A DNA stretch of 39,373 nucleotides, taken from the sequence record SRR20825006_1147; one strand, written 5' to 3'. Position numbers and translations under genes: made by a program. Of the stretch, positions 16,102 to 26,037 are shown piece by piece. Position 1 is the stretch's first letter; every line of letters starts with the position of its first letter. The notes beneath the pieces are model-generated. The model ran no database searches and had not been told where the DNA came from. It worked only from the letters and a program-made list of their open reading frames with translations.

Positions 16102-19100
16102 ATGAGAGCAACTTTACTAAGTGTTCTGATTTATTTAGGTTTTCAACCTTCTGTATTCGCGCAAAAAGACGCTCTAGAATATAGTGATCTGTATTTCTAT
16201 CAAATTAACTCCAGCGATGGTCTGTCTAATAATGTCATCAATGATATCACTCAGGATTCCTTAGGTTTTTTATGGATCGCAACCTATGACGGTTTGAATA
16301 GATATGACGGGACGCAGTTTTTAAAATTCCGAAAGAATATTGCAGATGAAAAAACCGGAGTCTCTAATAATTACATTCAAGAATTACAGCTTTTAGATAA
16401 CAACAGGTTGCTTATTGCAACCGATGCAGGTCTTAATATCTACGACTTGACAACAGAAACTTTTAAAGTGCTTACCACCACCGAAGGTTTATTGAACAAT
16501 AGTGTGAGTGCTTTGACATTAAATGAGCAACAGCAACCTATCATTGGCACCTATCGCGGTGGAATTCAATACCTGTCTTCGCTAACATTTGAAACCATAG
16601 GTTTGAGTAAAGACGGTGAAGCCTTATCTTCTAACGAAATTTCGTCAATCGTAGCACAAGGTGACTCTATACTGTGGGTAGGAACTTACGATAAAGGACT
16701 CAACAAAATCACCCATAAGCAAGGAATATACACTTCTGAAGTTGTCGATATTCCACAGTTAAAAAACGCTACAGTTTATCAAGTATATATTGATAAAGCA
16801 CAAAATCTCTGGGGCGCGACCAATAAGGGTCTAGTCGTGATCACTCCTACTGGAGACTATAAATTTTTAAATAAAGGAAACACTTCAACCTCAGGTTTGA
16901 GTGATAGTGATATCTTATCTATCGTTGATGATCAACACGGAAATCTTTTTGTAGGAACACGGTATGGCGGTTTGAATATTTTAAACAAGCGATCACTATT
17001 AACTAAAAATATTCCTCTGGATATCAAATGGTATCAGCCAACTAATGACGGGGCTAGTGTTTTTGATAGGTCTGTTACAAGTCTTTTTATCGACAAAGAT
17101 CAAGGCTTATGGATAGGTACTCCTACCGGATTAAACTACACGAATTTAAAGGGTGAATTTGCCAAAACCATAAGTGAGAATGGCAGCTATCCCTATACGA
17201 TTAGTGACGATCGCGTGAGTGCTATCGCTGTAAAATCTAATACGCAAGTCTGGGTAGGTACAGATGGCGAAGGTCTGGATCTGTATGATCTCAATACGGG
17301 AAAGCTTAAAACCTTTAGTTCGTCGAGTACTTCTGCCAATCCACTTTCCGGAAATAGTATTCTCGCGTTGTTGCCAGATGGTGATGAGCATATTTGGGTA
17401 GGTACTTATCAAAAAGGATTAAATTATCTCAATCATAAAACCGGTGAGTCGACGTATTTTCTTCAAGGGAGCCAGCAAGATGGTAATGATGTGCGCACCT
17501 TATTTAGAAGTAAAAATGGTACCCTTTGGGTTGGAACCAATCGCGGCGGACTTTTTAAATTTGACGATTCTCTAGAAGACTTCACCTATGTTTCCGATCT
17601 AGAAAAGCTAGACATTCGGGATATTGAAGAACATGATGGGTATTTATGGCTAGCCACTTTTGGTTCAGGCCTTATTAGGTATAATCCATCTGATGGAAGC
17701 GCTATTTATTACAACAGCGATAATATCAAGAACCTAAACACCAATATTTTTTTCACCTTAGAAATTGTAGACGATTCAACCATTCTTTTAGGAACGCGTT
17801 ATAACGGTCTTAAAATCTTTGATCCCAAAAATGAAACAGTTAAAAGCTACAGTGAAAATGATGGCTTGAGTAACAACACCATAAACAGCTTGTTGCTTCG
17901 GCAGGATCAATTTGTATGGATTGGTACCTACACCGGTATTGACCGTTTTGATCTGAAGAACAATGTGTTCAAAAACTTTACAGCGCTACGTAATGTGCAA
18001 AATGAAGGTGTTGGCCCTATAGCTTCTACAACTGACGGAAAAGTTTTTGTGGGTGGATTAAAAGGTCTTCAAGTTATTGATGTAAGCGAACTTGAACGCT
18101 TAGAAGGTGATCAGAACATTGTTTTTAAACAGCTCAATGTTCTGAACAAAGTAATTACTCCCGAAGAAAATTCGGTTTTACAAAAAGCAATTACTTACCA
18201 AGATGAGTTAGAATTTGACTATTTTCAGAACGCCTTTTCTATACATTTTACCGCAGTAAAATACCCATTGGGGAATACGCTTTCTTATTCGTATAAACTT
18301 GAAAACTACAACGACTTCTGGATAGACACACACGAGGGAATTGCCAACTTTACAGGAGTTCCTCCCGGTGATTATATCCTTAAAGTAAAAACCGAATCAA
18401 GCTCTGGTAAAGAAATACTCAAAACGCTGGCAATAACCATACATCCTCCGTTTTGGAAAACACCGCTAGCCTACGTTATCTATATTTTAGCGCTTATACT
18501 CATCATTTATCTGATCTCGCGCTATTTTTCTGAACGTTTAAAACTAAAAAACAGATTAATTCTAGAGCAACAGCAGCGGCAATTAGAGCACGAACTCAAC
18601 GAAGAACGTTTACGCTTTTTCACAGCTTTTTCGCATGAATTAAAAACACCGCTCACGTTGATTCTTGCTCCGCTTGATAATTTGATTACAGATGCTAACA
18701 ATCGCAGCCTCAAAAAACAATTGAATATCATAAACCGAAACGCAAAAAAATTATCTGCTGCGATCAACAAATTGTTAGAGTTTAGAAAGTCTGAAGAAGG
18801 CTTGAGCAGACTTAATTTGAGTGATCATAATCTTTCGGCGAATCTTAAGAAATGGGTAAAAAACTATGCTCCTCTGGCAATTGATAAAAACATCACAATC
18901 CGTACGTTTATTGAAGAGTCTGAACAACGTTATCTTTTTGATATCGAAAAACTCAAGGTCATTATAAACAATTTGCTGTCTAACGCTATAAAATATTGTG
19001 ATGATGATGGTAGCATTGAAGTGCATTTATACATCAATAAGTACACGCTGGATATTTCTGTAAGTGATAATGGTGCAGGGATCGCCCCGCAAGAATTAGA

Positions 19101-20157
19101 AGAAATTTTTAGCTGGTACTACCGCTCTGAAACGGCAACTCAAAAAAGCGGAACCGGCATTGGTCTCGCGCTTTCCAAGCGCTTTGCTGAATTGCATAAC
19201 GGAAGTCTAAAAGTAACCAGTACACCCCACGTAAAAACAACCTTTATGGTTGAAATTCCGAAGTTAATTCCTGAATCGGAAACTATTTCTACGGCAACAG
19301 CAAAAGAGGAAACCTCAGTAGAGACCAAAGATTTACACTTAGCTACGGAGGTTGTAAATGCCGAAAAAGATAATACCAAGTCTATTGCTTCCGCTGAAAA
19401 CAGGGCTTTAGTTATGGTGATCGATGACAATCCTGATATTCTTAATTTTTTAGATGAAATTTTAAAAGGAGATTATGATCTCGTCTTTGCGAATAATGGT
19501 GAAGAAGGTATCAAAAAGGCGCAAAAATTTGTTCCTGACCTTATTATTTCAGATATCATGATGCCCAAAAAGACCGGGATCGATCTTTGCCGTACGTTGA
19601 AAAATGATCTTGCGACAAGTCATATTCCTATTATTCTACTTACGGCAAAAGGCAATTTGGAAAGTTTAAAAACAGGATATGAAGAAGGCGCTGATGATTA
19701 CATCTCTAAACCCTTTCAGCCTCAATTATTAAAAACAAGGATCTCCAACCTTTTACGCAATCGCGAGGCAGTTCAGCGCTTTTTACAAACCAAAGAAACG
19801 AAGCAGCGGCCGGAAGAAAGCAATTCACCAGCACTGAACAAGGAAAAAGAATTTTTAGCAAAACTTGATGCGATCATTCATGCGAATATTGGTAGTGAAA
19901 ACGAAAATGTTTTTGATATCGCCAAAGAGCTTGGAATGAGCCGTACTTCGCTTTACCGAAAATTGAAATCAATCACCGGTTACAGTATCAATGAATATAC
20001 GCGTAATTTAAAACTGGAAAAAGCCGCTGACCTAATAGAGAATCAAGAATACTCCGTTTCTCAAGCAGCGTACGAAGTTGGTTTTAACAGCCCAAAATAT
20101 TTTAGAAAGATCTTTAAAGAAATGTACGGCAAATTGCCCTCTGAGTTTAAATCTTAG
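16102..20157 (+). CDS. Hybrid two-component sensor/regulator HTCS-1 (Reg_prop propeller, Y_Y_Y, HisKA, HATPase, REC, AraC HTH); likely start ATG 16102
   Basis: GLSNN/WIAT..GL repeats, PPFWKT + TM, SHELKTPL, NLLSNAIKY, GTGIGL, ISDIMMP, MSRTSLYRK, VGFNSPKYF. Signal peptide follows MRATLL. Confidence 0.96.
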   Translation: MRATLLSVLIYLGFQPSVFAQKDALEYSDLYFYQINSSDGLSNNVINDITQDSLGFLWIATYDGLNRYDGTQFLKFRKNIADEKTGVSNNYIQELQLLDNNRLLIATDAGLNIYDLTTETFKVLTTTEGLLNNSVSALTLNEQQQPIIGTYRGGIQYLSSLTFETIGLSKDGEALSSNEISSIVAQGDSILWVGTYDKGLNKITHKQGIYTSEVVDIPQLKNATVYQVYIDKAQNLWGATNKGLVVITPTGDYKFLNKGNTSTSGLSDSDILSIVDDQHGNLFVGTRYGGLNILNKRSLLTKNIPLDIKWYQPTNDGASVFDRSVTSLFIDKDQGLWIGTPTGLNYTNLKGEFAKTISENGSYPYTISDDRVSAIAVKSNTQVWVGTDGEGLDLYDLNTGKLKTFSSSSTSANPLSGNSILALLPDGDEHIWVGTYQKGLNYLNHKTGESTYFLQGSQQDGNDVRTLFRSKNGTLWVGTNRGGLFKFDDSLEDFTYVSDLEKLDIRDIEEHDGYLWLATFGSGLIRYNPSDGSAIYYNSDNIKNLNTNIFFTLEIVDDSTILLGTRYNGLKIFDPKNETVKSYSENDGLSNNTINSLLLRQDQFVWIGTYTGIDRFDLKNNVFKNFTALRNVQNEGVGPIASTTDGKVFVGGLKGLQVIDVSELERLEGDQNIVFKQLNVLNKVITPEENSVLQKAITYQDELEFDYFQNAFSIHFTAVKYPLGNTLSYSYKLENYNDFWIDTHEGIANFTGVPPGDYILKVKTESSSGKEILKTLAITIHPPFWKTPLAYVIYILALILIIYLISRYFSERLKLKNRLILEQQQRQLEHELNEERLRFFTAFSHELKTPLTLILAPLDNLITDANNRSLKKQLNIINRNAKKLSAAINKLLEFRKSEEGLSRLNLSDHNLSANLKKWVKNYAPLAIDKNITIRTFIEESEQRYLFDIEKLKVIINNLLSNAIKYCDDDGSIEVHLYINKYTLDISVSDNGAGIAPQELEEIFSWYYRSETATQKSGTGIGLALSKRFAELHNGSLKVTSTPHVKTTFMVEIPKLIPESETISTATAKEETSVETKDLHLATEVVNAEKDNTKSIASAENRALVMVIDDNPDILNFLDEILKGDYDLVFANNGEEGIKKAQKFVPDLIISDIMMPKKTGIDLCRTLKNDLATSHIPIILLTAKGNLESLKTGYEEGADDYISKPFQPQLLKTRISNLLRNREAVQRFLQTKETKQRPEESNSPALNKEKEFLAKLDAIIHANIGSENENVFDIAKELGMSRTSLYRKLKSITGYSINEYTRNLKLEKAADLIENQEYSVSQAAYEVGFNSPKYFRKIFKEMYGKLPSEFKS

Positions 20158-23100
20158 TTGTTTTCTGAAAAGTGATGCAAACTGGCTGAATCATTATTAC
20201 GAGTAACCAAAAGTTTCTTTGCTCCCGAGGCAAAATGCAGTGTATTAAGGTCGCGAATATCACCTCGCAAATTTAATTGTGCAGTTTCCTTAAGTGAAAA
20301 CCACTTTCCATTTTTAAACTGTAGTAAGCTACCAAAAGAAGCATCCATCTGTCCTAAGCTTATTTTAAACGGAAAGAAATTACCCGCTGCCAAGACTTCT
20401 TTTATACCATCATTATTAAAGTCTTCTACAATAAAATCTTGCACTACTGAAGTTTGTGCTGCTTTGGGTAATGGCTGCAAATCAAATGAACCCTTACCGG
20501 TATTTACTAACACCGAAGAACGCAATTCTTTAATATCAAGAACAAATCGGGGTTTGATTTGTGCCACTTCGAGTAATTCTTCTGTAGTGGTTTTAGCATA
20601 ATCTTCATAGTACGGAAAGTGTTTTTTCAATCCGGGAGCTTGACCAATGAGTTCGTCACGACCGGCTAATGGATAATTCTTATGCTGAATGTAATATGAT
20701 AAGATAGGGTCAATTCGCCCATTATTATCAATATCCTGAATATAGTAGCGTATTGGTTCTTCTACCGAAGCCTTCAATTGCGAATTGAGCCCCATATTCC
20801 CCAATAAATAATCTGTGTCTCCATCATTATCAAAATCAAATGGAACAATCGATGTCCACCAACCTGTGCTGTTATTTAAGTTGTAATCATCACTTTTTGA
20901 CAGATTTCCATTGGTATTAAGAAGGATCGTAACCGGCATCCACTCTCCTACCACAATAAGGTCTGGTAAACCATCTTCATTAAGATCATCCCAAACGGCA
21001 TCAGTAACCATCCCTAGGTTTTCTATATCATAATTGCGTTTTTCTTTAAAGGCGACCTTTTGGTTATTGCTCGTATTTTCAAGCAACATACTTTTAGGAC
21101 TCATTGGGTAATTTTTTCCGCTTATTCTGCCTCCTACAAATAGGTCCAGATCTCCATCATTATCAAAATCCGCAGCTTTTACTGTTCCTCCGCTAAAACG
21201 CATGTCAGGTAGAGCATCTTTCGCTTCAGAAAATTTTGCACTTCCATCATTAAGATACAACCGATCTTGAAAGAAATCATTTCCATTAAATTCTTCATTT
21301 CCTCCGCTCACCACATACAAGTCTAAGTCACCATCTCCATCAGCGTCAAAGAACAAGGATGCTAAATCTTCTTGTGCTATTGCTTGAGGATCAAGCCAGG
21401 GTTGATTGTCATTAAAGATCTCCAACGTACCGTCAGATTTCCCCAGATATAATACTGCCGGTTGATCTTTTGCAGCTTCAAAATAGATATCGTCATTACC
21501 ATCGTTATTAAGATCTGCGACACTGGCATTACCGCCCAGCATGGAGGCTCGGTAAAGAATTAAATTCTCACGATTAAAGTCTTGGTACGCATTTTCTTGG
21601 TGGGTATAGCTTAGCTTAGATGCCGCAGTTACATCTTTTAAAAGGCTAATCGCCTCTTCAGGAACTGAATCAGCATATGTACGCGCATCGTTCTCATCAA
21701 TCACTAGTGTTTGATTTACTTGTACATTTTCTAGCGTTGAAATTTTTCCACCGGACCATATGATTTTAAGTTCCTTAATGCGCTGAATATCTCCTAAACC
21801 AATGGTCAACACCGGTTCTACCGAAGCTTGATACCCTCTACCGTAATAGGCCTCTTGAAAAATGCTCGTGCTATCATTCAATTGAAGCAAAATTTTTGCT
21901 CCTAGGGCTTTAGTGTTTTTTGAAGCACCTTTAAGCTCAATCTTCAAATAATGATTTTTGAGTTTTTCAGCAGTATTCTCGTATAAATCTATTAGAGCGT
22001 TGAGATTATTTACGATCAAATCGAGGTCACCGTCATTATCAAAATCGGCATAAGCTGCGGCATTAGAAACCGTTTTCTTTTCAAAACCCCAAGCTGCCGT
22101 CTTATTTTCAAAATGCGCTTCACCCTTATTTTGATAGATATAATTAGAAACTTTGGTCGAGGACATTTTACTCACCAAAAGTCCAATATCTACATTGGTA
22201 TTATTTTGCTGTGCTTGACTAATCGCCTCATTTACGGTATAATTGGTAAAATCGAGATTACTGAAGTCTCTCAAATAGCCGTTAGTAATAAAAATATCTT
22301 TAAGACCGTCATTATCAAAATCGGCTAATAAGGGAGCCCAGCTCCAATCGGTATTTGAAATGCCGGAGAGTTGTGCCTGTTCGCTAAAAGCTAAACTTGA
22401 ATCTGCCGCGACACTTCGGTTTAATTGAAGCGTATTTCGCATATATTGATGATGATAACCGCTATCAACAAGCGTGCGTTCTCTATTGAATTGATCAGGA
22501 CCCTTAAGCACTTTTTGACGATAATTGTCTTCTGGCAGCATATCAAGAACAAAAACATCAGGCTTTTGATCATTGTTTAAATCCGCAATATCAGAGCCCA
22601 TTGAAAATTTTGAAAGATGCCCGAATGCTGACTTTGAAACTTCTTTAAAGCTGCCATCTCGATTATTGATAAAGCAAAAATCCTGCTCTACATAATCATT
22701 AGTTACATAAATATCAGGATAGCCGTCATTGTTTAAATCGCTAACTGCAGCACTAAGTCCGAAATTTATTCCGGTACCCTTGATACCCGATTCCTCTGAA
22801 ACCTCAACAAACGTGTTTCCTCTATTTTCAAAGAGTTTATTACCGTAATAAGGATGTCTGATATTTCTCAGCGTTTTGACATTTAAAAGCGTGTTGTAAA
22901 ATTTATTGGCGTGATTGAGCAGAAACATATCTAAGTCTCCATCTAAATCATAGTCTAAAAAATAAGCTTGCGTGCTAAATGTTCCAGGTGCATCTAAGCC
23001 ATACTCTTTCGCCATTTCTCTAAAAACCGGAATACCCTCTGGGTTATTCCCTAGATTGATGAACAAGGCATTGGCTCTACCTTCATAATCTGGTATAACC

Positions 23101-23528
23101 GGCTCTGCGTGTCCTTCTTGTTTCGAATTCCCCGAGTAGGAAACATAAATATCCAATAGACCATCACCATTAACATCTGCAGTGGTCACGCCGGTTTTCC
23201 AACCTTCTTTTTCATTAAGTTTAGCTGAATTTGTTACTTCTTTAAATTGCCACTCGCCAAGATTAAGAAACAGTTTATTCTTGACTTGATTTCCTGAAAG
23301 ATATACATCGGCGTAACCATCGTTGTTAAAGTCTGCAACCGCAATGCCGCCACCGTTATAGAAATATTCGTAGGTCATCACATTTTGCTCATCGGTCTCT
23401 GTGAGTGTATTTTCAAAATCTAATCCAGCATTTTGTACATCAATTTCAGTAAAAAGCTTTTTTTCTTCACAAGAAAACAGAAGAAAGCAAGTGCAAAAAA
23501 TTCCAAAAAAGAAATTATACCGTATCAT
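20154..23528 (-). CDS. VCBS/FG-GAP repeat lipoprotein with central ASPIC/UnbV domain
   Basis: Lipobox LFSC-EEKK; many D-x-D/N-x-D-G-x-x-D repeats; YEYFYNGGG; ALGAKI...GRGYQAS...GLG. Confidence 0.9.
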   Translation of the reverse strand: MIRYNFFFGIFCTCFLLFSCEEKKLFTEIDVQNAGLDFENTLTETDEQNVMTYEYFYNGGGIAVADFNNDGYADVYLSGNQVKNKLFLNLGEWQFKEVTNSAKLNEKEGWKTGVTTADVNGDGLLDIYVSYSGNSKQEGHAEPVIPDYEGRANALFINLGNNPEGIPVFREMAKEYGLDAPGTFSTQAYFLDYDLDGDLDMFLLNHANKFYNTLLNVKTLRNIRHPYYGNKLFENRGNTFVEVSEESGIKGTGINFGLSAAVSDLNNDGYPDIYVTNDYVEQDFCFINNRDGSFKEVSKSAFGHLSKFSMGSDIADLNNDQKPDVFVLDMLPEDNYRQKVLKGPDQFNRERTLVDSGYHHQYMRNTLQLNRSVAADSSLAFSEQAQLSGISNTDWSWAPLLADFDNDGLKDIFITNGYLRDFSNLDFTNYTVNEAISQAQQNNTNVDIGLLVSKMSSTKVSNYIYQNKGEAHFENKTAAWGFEKKTVSNAAAYADFDNDGDLDLIVNNLNALIDLYENTAEKLKNHYLKIELKGASKNTKALGAKILLQLNDSTSIFQEAYYGRGYQASVEPVLTIGLGDIQRIKELKIIWSGGKISTLENVQVNQTLVIDENDARTYADSVPEEAISLLKDVTAASKLSYTHQENAYQDFNRENLILYRASMLGGNASVADLNNDGNDDIYFEAAKDQPAVLYLGKSDGTLEIFNDNQPWLDPQAIAQEDLASLFFDADGDGDLDLYVVSGGNEEFNGNDFFQDRLYLNDGSAKFSEAKDALPDMRFSGGTVKAADFDNDGDLDLFVGGRISGKNYPMSPKSMLLENTSNNQKVAFKEKRNYDIENLGMVTDAVWDDLNEDGLPDLIVVGEWMPVTILLNTNGNLSKSDDYNLNNSTGWWTSIVPFDFDNDGDTDYLLGNMGLNSQLKASVEEPIRYYIQDIDNNGRIDPILSYYIQHKNYPLAGRDELIGQAPGLKKHFPYYEDYAKTTTEELLEVAQIKPRFVLDIKELRSSVLVNTGKGSFDLQPLPKAAQTSVVQDFIVEDFNNDGIKEVLAAGNFFPFKISLGQMDASFGSLLQFKNGKWFSLKETAQLNLRGDIRDLNTLHFASGAKKLLVTRNNDSASLHHFSENN

Positions 23529-23547
23529 GACCAGAGGAATTATATAT

Positions 23548-25959
23548 CTATATACTTTTGATTTTTATGGTGCTAGAAAGCTTATTCTTATTGCTTACTT
23601 TAAGCTGAATATCACCTTTCTCTGAAGTACTTCTTAAAATCACCAAAGCACGGCCATTCCACGTTTTTCTTGAATGACTTGGGTAGGCGGTAGTGTCTTT
23701 AAGATTTGCATTGTCAGTCGCTATAATTTGTGCAGGACCCTCTACCGTAAACTCTAAAAGTTGATCATCAGTTGGGTTTAGAATTCCGTATTCATCTTGA
23801 AGTTCGACTTGAATGTAAGCCAAATCCTGAGCGTTGGCTTTAAGAGAATTATTTTCTGCAGTAAGTTTAATTTGATCAACAGCTTTGGCCGTTTGTAAAA
23901 CCGTGCTTTCCTTTAAAACGCCGTTTTCATAAGCTTTAGCGACTAATACTCCCGGCTGATAGTTTACATCAAAACGTGCTTTAAATTCAGTCTCTTTAGA
24001 AACCGGCTGCTCAGCCAGTAATTCTTCATTCAAATATAGTTTCACTTTGGGGAATTTGGTATACACTTCAACCGTAACTGCTTTTCCTACATATTCTGGC
24101 CACGTCCAGCTTGGCCAGGTTGGCCACACCGACCACATGGTTTCTTTGATCTGTTTTCCTTCGGGATTAGGCTGCTTTACCGCCATATAGATTTTTTCAG
24201 TATTATTCCACAGCATATCACGGTAATGCGAAATAGGCTTACGCCAACCGATTAAATCAATATCTCCACAATAGGCACCGTGCCACGGAAAATGATCTGC
24301 AGACCAATGCTCGCCATCAGGTTCTTCTCCGGCAATGTATGTTCTGCCTATGCCCGATTCACCCAAATAATCCATCGCAGTCCATACGTAATCTCCGATG
24401 ATATACTCGTGTTTTTGCGACATATTCCAGCAGTAAAAAGCATCTCTCGGATACGATTCGGTTTGAACCATCACACGCTCAGGAACTCGTGTGTGATCAG
24501 CTTCAGCGTGATGCAATTGATAATTATAGCCTCCTATGTCATGTACTGAAAACAAAGGATCAAAAATCTCCCAGTCGCTATCCCACGTAGTCATAGCTGA
24601 AGTCACCGGTCGTGTTGTGTCAAGTTCGAGAACCGCATCTTTAAGAAGCTGAGCGGTTTTTACCGCTTCGGGGTCTTTGCGTTCGATGATCTCGTTCCCT
24701 ATGCTCCACATTACGATTGAAGGATGATTTCGGTCGCGACCCACCATTGCCTGAATATCTTTTTTATACCAAAGGTCAAATAATCTGGCATAGTCGTAGG
24801 GGTTCTTTTCGGTTCGCCAACCGTCAAAAGCTTCGTCAATAACCAAGAGTCCGATACTGTCACACGCCTTTAAGAATATTTCTGAAGGAACATTGTGCGA
24901 AGTACGTACCGAGTTAAAGCCAGCATCTTTAAGAAGTTGCACTTTGCGGATTTCAGCACGATCAAAAGCAGCTGCTCCCAGAGCACCGTTATCGTGATGC
25001 ATATTTCCGCCATTGATCAGAACGTTTTTACCGTTCAGAACAAAACCATCCATTGAATTATAGTCAATCGTACGAATACCGAAGGTTTCTTCTACCTCAT
25101 CCATAGTTTTGCCTTCAGTATTTTTTATGGAAAGTTTTAAGGTATAAAGATTAGGATTATCAGGACTCCATAATCTCGGATTTGGAAGTTCTAATGCTAA
25201 AGTGCCTTTTCGAATCTCACCGGGAGCATTCTTAAGTGCTAACTCTGATTTGTAGGTTCCATCTTCTACCTCAACCGAAGCAGTGACCTTGTATTCCTGA
25301 ATACTTTTTGTCTCGTTTATTATAGACGTCTTAATATTTACTGAAGCTTTATCCTTCTGTATTTCAGAAGTAGTGACAGCGATCCCATTTGTTTCAAAAT
25401 GTAATGGATTATTCACGTGAATATTCACATGTCTGTAAATGCCAGAACCACTAAACCAGCGCGAATTGATTTCTTCAGAATTATCAACTTTTACCGTTAT
25501 GACATTTTGCTTACCAAACTTTAAATATTCTGAAATATCGAAGTAAAAAGGAGAATATCCGTACGGCTGAATACCTACTGATCGCCCGTTTACAAATACT
25601 TCTGCGTTCATATACACTCCGCCAAAATGAATATAAACTTTTTTGTTGTCTAACTCTTGAGATACTTGAAATGTTTTGCGATACCAACCCAGACCATTTT
25701 TAAAATAGCCACCGGCTCCTGCAGACGGATTTTCTTGAGCTATGGGAAATTGTACACTCCAGTCGTGAGGTAAAACCAACGGTTCCCAACTTGAATCATC
25801 GAAATCTGGTTGAATTGCTTCCTCTGTTGCATCTAAACTGAATTTCCAACCGTGATCAAAGTTTTGATTACTAAGCTCATTTATTCTGTTTTGAGCATCT
25901 ACATTAAAAGTAAAAAGCAACATCATATATGTTGCTATAATCTTAAAGCTAAGCGTCAT
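23548..25959 (-). CDS. Glycoside hydrolase family 2, beta-galactosidase-like
   Basis: LPHDW, GWYRK, SRWFSGSGIYR, FGIR, HHDNG, RTSHN, RDRNHPSIVMWSIGNE (acid/base), VQTES (nucleophile), WTAMDYLGES. Confidence 0.93.
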   Translation of the reverse strand: MTLSFKIIATYMMLLFTFNVDAQNRINELSNQNFDHGWKFSLDATEEAIQPDFDDSSWEPLVLPHDWSVQFPIAQENPSAGAGGYFKNGLGWYRKTFQVSQELDNKKVYIHFGGVYMNAEVFVNGRSVGIQPYGYSPFYFDISEYLKFGKQNVITVKVDNSEEINSRWFSGSGIYRHVNIHVNNPLHFETNGIAVTTSEIQKDKASVNIKTSIINETKSIQEYKVTASVEVEDGTYKSELALKNAPGEIRKGTLALELPNPRLWSPDNPNLYTLKLSIKNTEGKTMDEVEETFGIRTIDYNSMDGFVLNGKNVLINGGNMHHDNGALGAAAFDRAEIRKVQLLKDAGFNSVRTSHNVPSEIFLKACDSIGLLVIDEAFDGWRTEKNPYDYARLFDLWYKKDIQAMVGRDRNHPSIVMWSIGNEIIERKDPEAVKTAQLLKDAVLELDTTRPVTSAMTTWDSDWEIFDPLFSVHDIGGYNYQLHHAEADHTRVPERVMVQTESYPRDAFYCWNMSQKHEYIIGDYVWTAMDYLGESGIGRTYIAGEEPDGEHWSADHFPWHGAYCGDIDLIGWRKPISHYRDMLWNNTEKIYMAVKQPNPEGKQIKETMWSVWPTWPSWTWPEYVGKAVTVEVYTKFPKVKLYLNEELLAEQPVSKETEFKARFDVNYQPGVLVAKAYENGVLKESTVLQTAKAVDQIKLTAENNSLKANAQDLAYIQVELQDEYGILNPTDDQLLEFTVEGPAQIIATDNANLKDTTAYPSHSRKTWNGRALVILRSTSEKGDIQLKVSNKNKLSSTIKIKSI

Positions 25960-25995
25960 ACTTTACTTGTTAAAGGGGTGAAATGTTATGGAATT

Positions 25996-26024
25996 AAAAA
26001 AGAGGCATCTAGGATGCCTCTTTT
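25996..26024 (-). terminator. Intra-PUL terminator/stabilising hairpin between the Sus lipoproteins and GH2
   Basis: AAAAGAGGCATC-TAG-GATGCCTCTTTT, perfect 12-bp stem, T6 on the minus strand. Confidence 0.85.
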
Positions 26025-26037
26025 GAATTTGATTTAA

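Noticed and set aside
20154-23528. Recurring nucleotide motifs such as ccatcattatcaaaatc within the VCBS gene
   Set aside because: Explained by protein-level DFDNDGD repeats, not an independent DNA repeat or DGR template.
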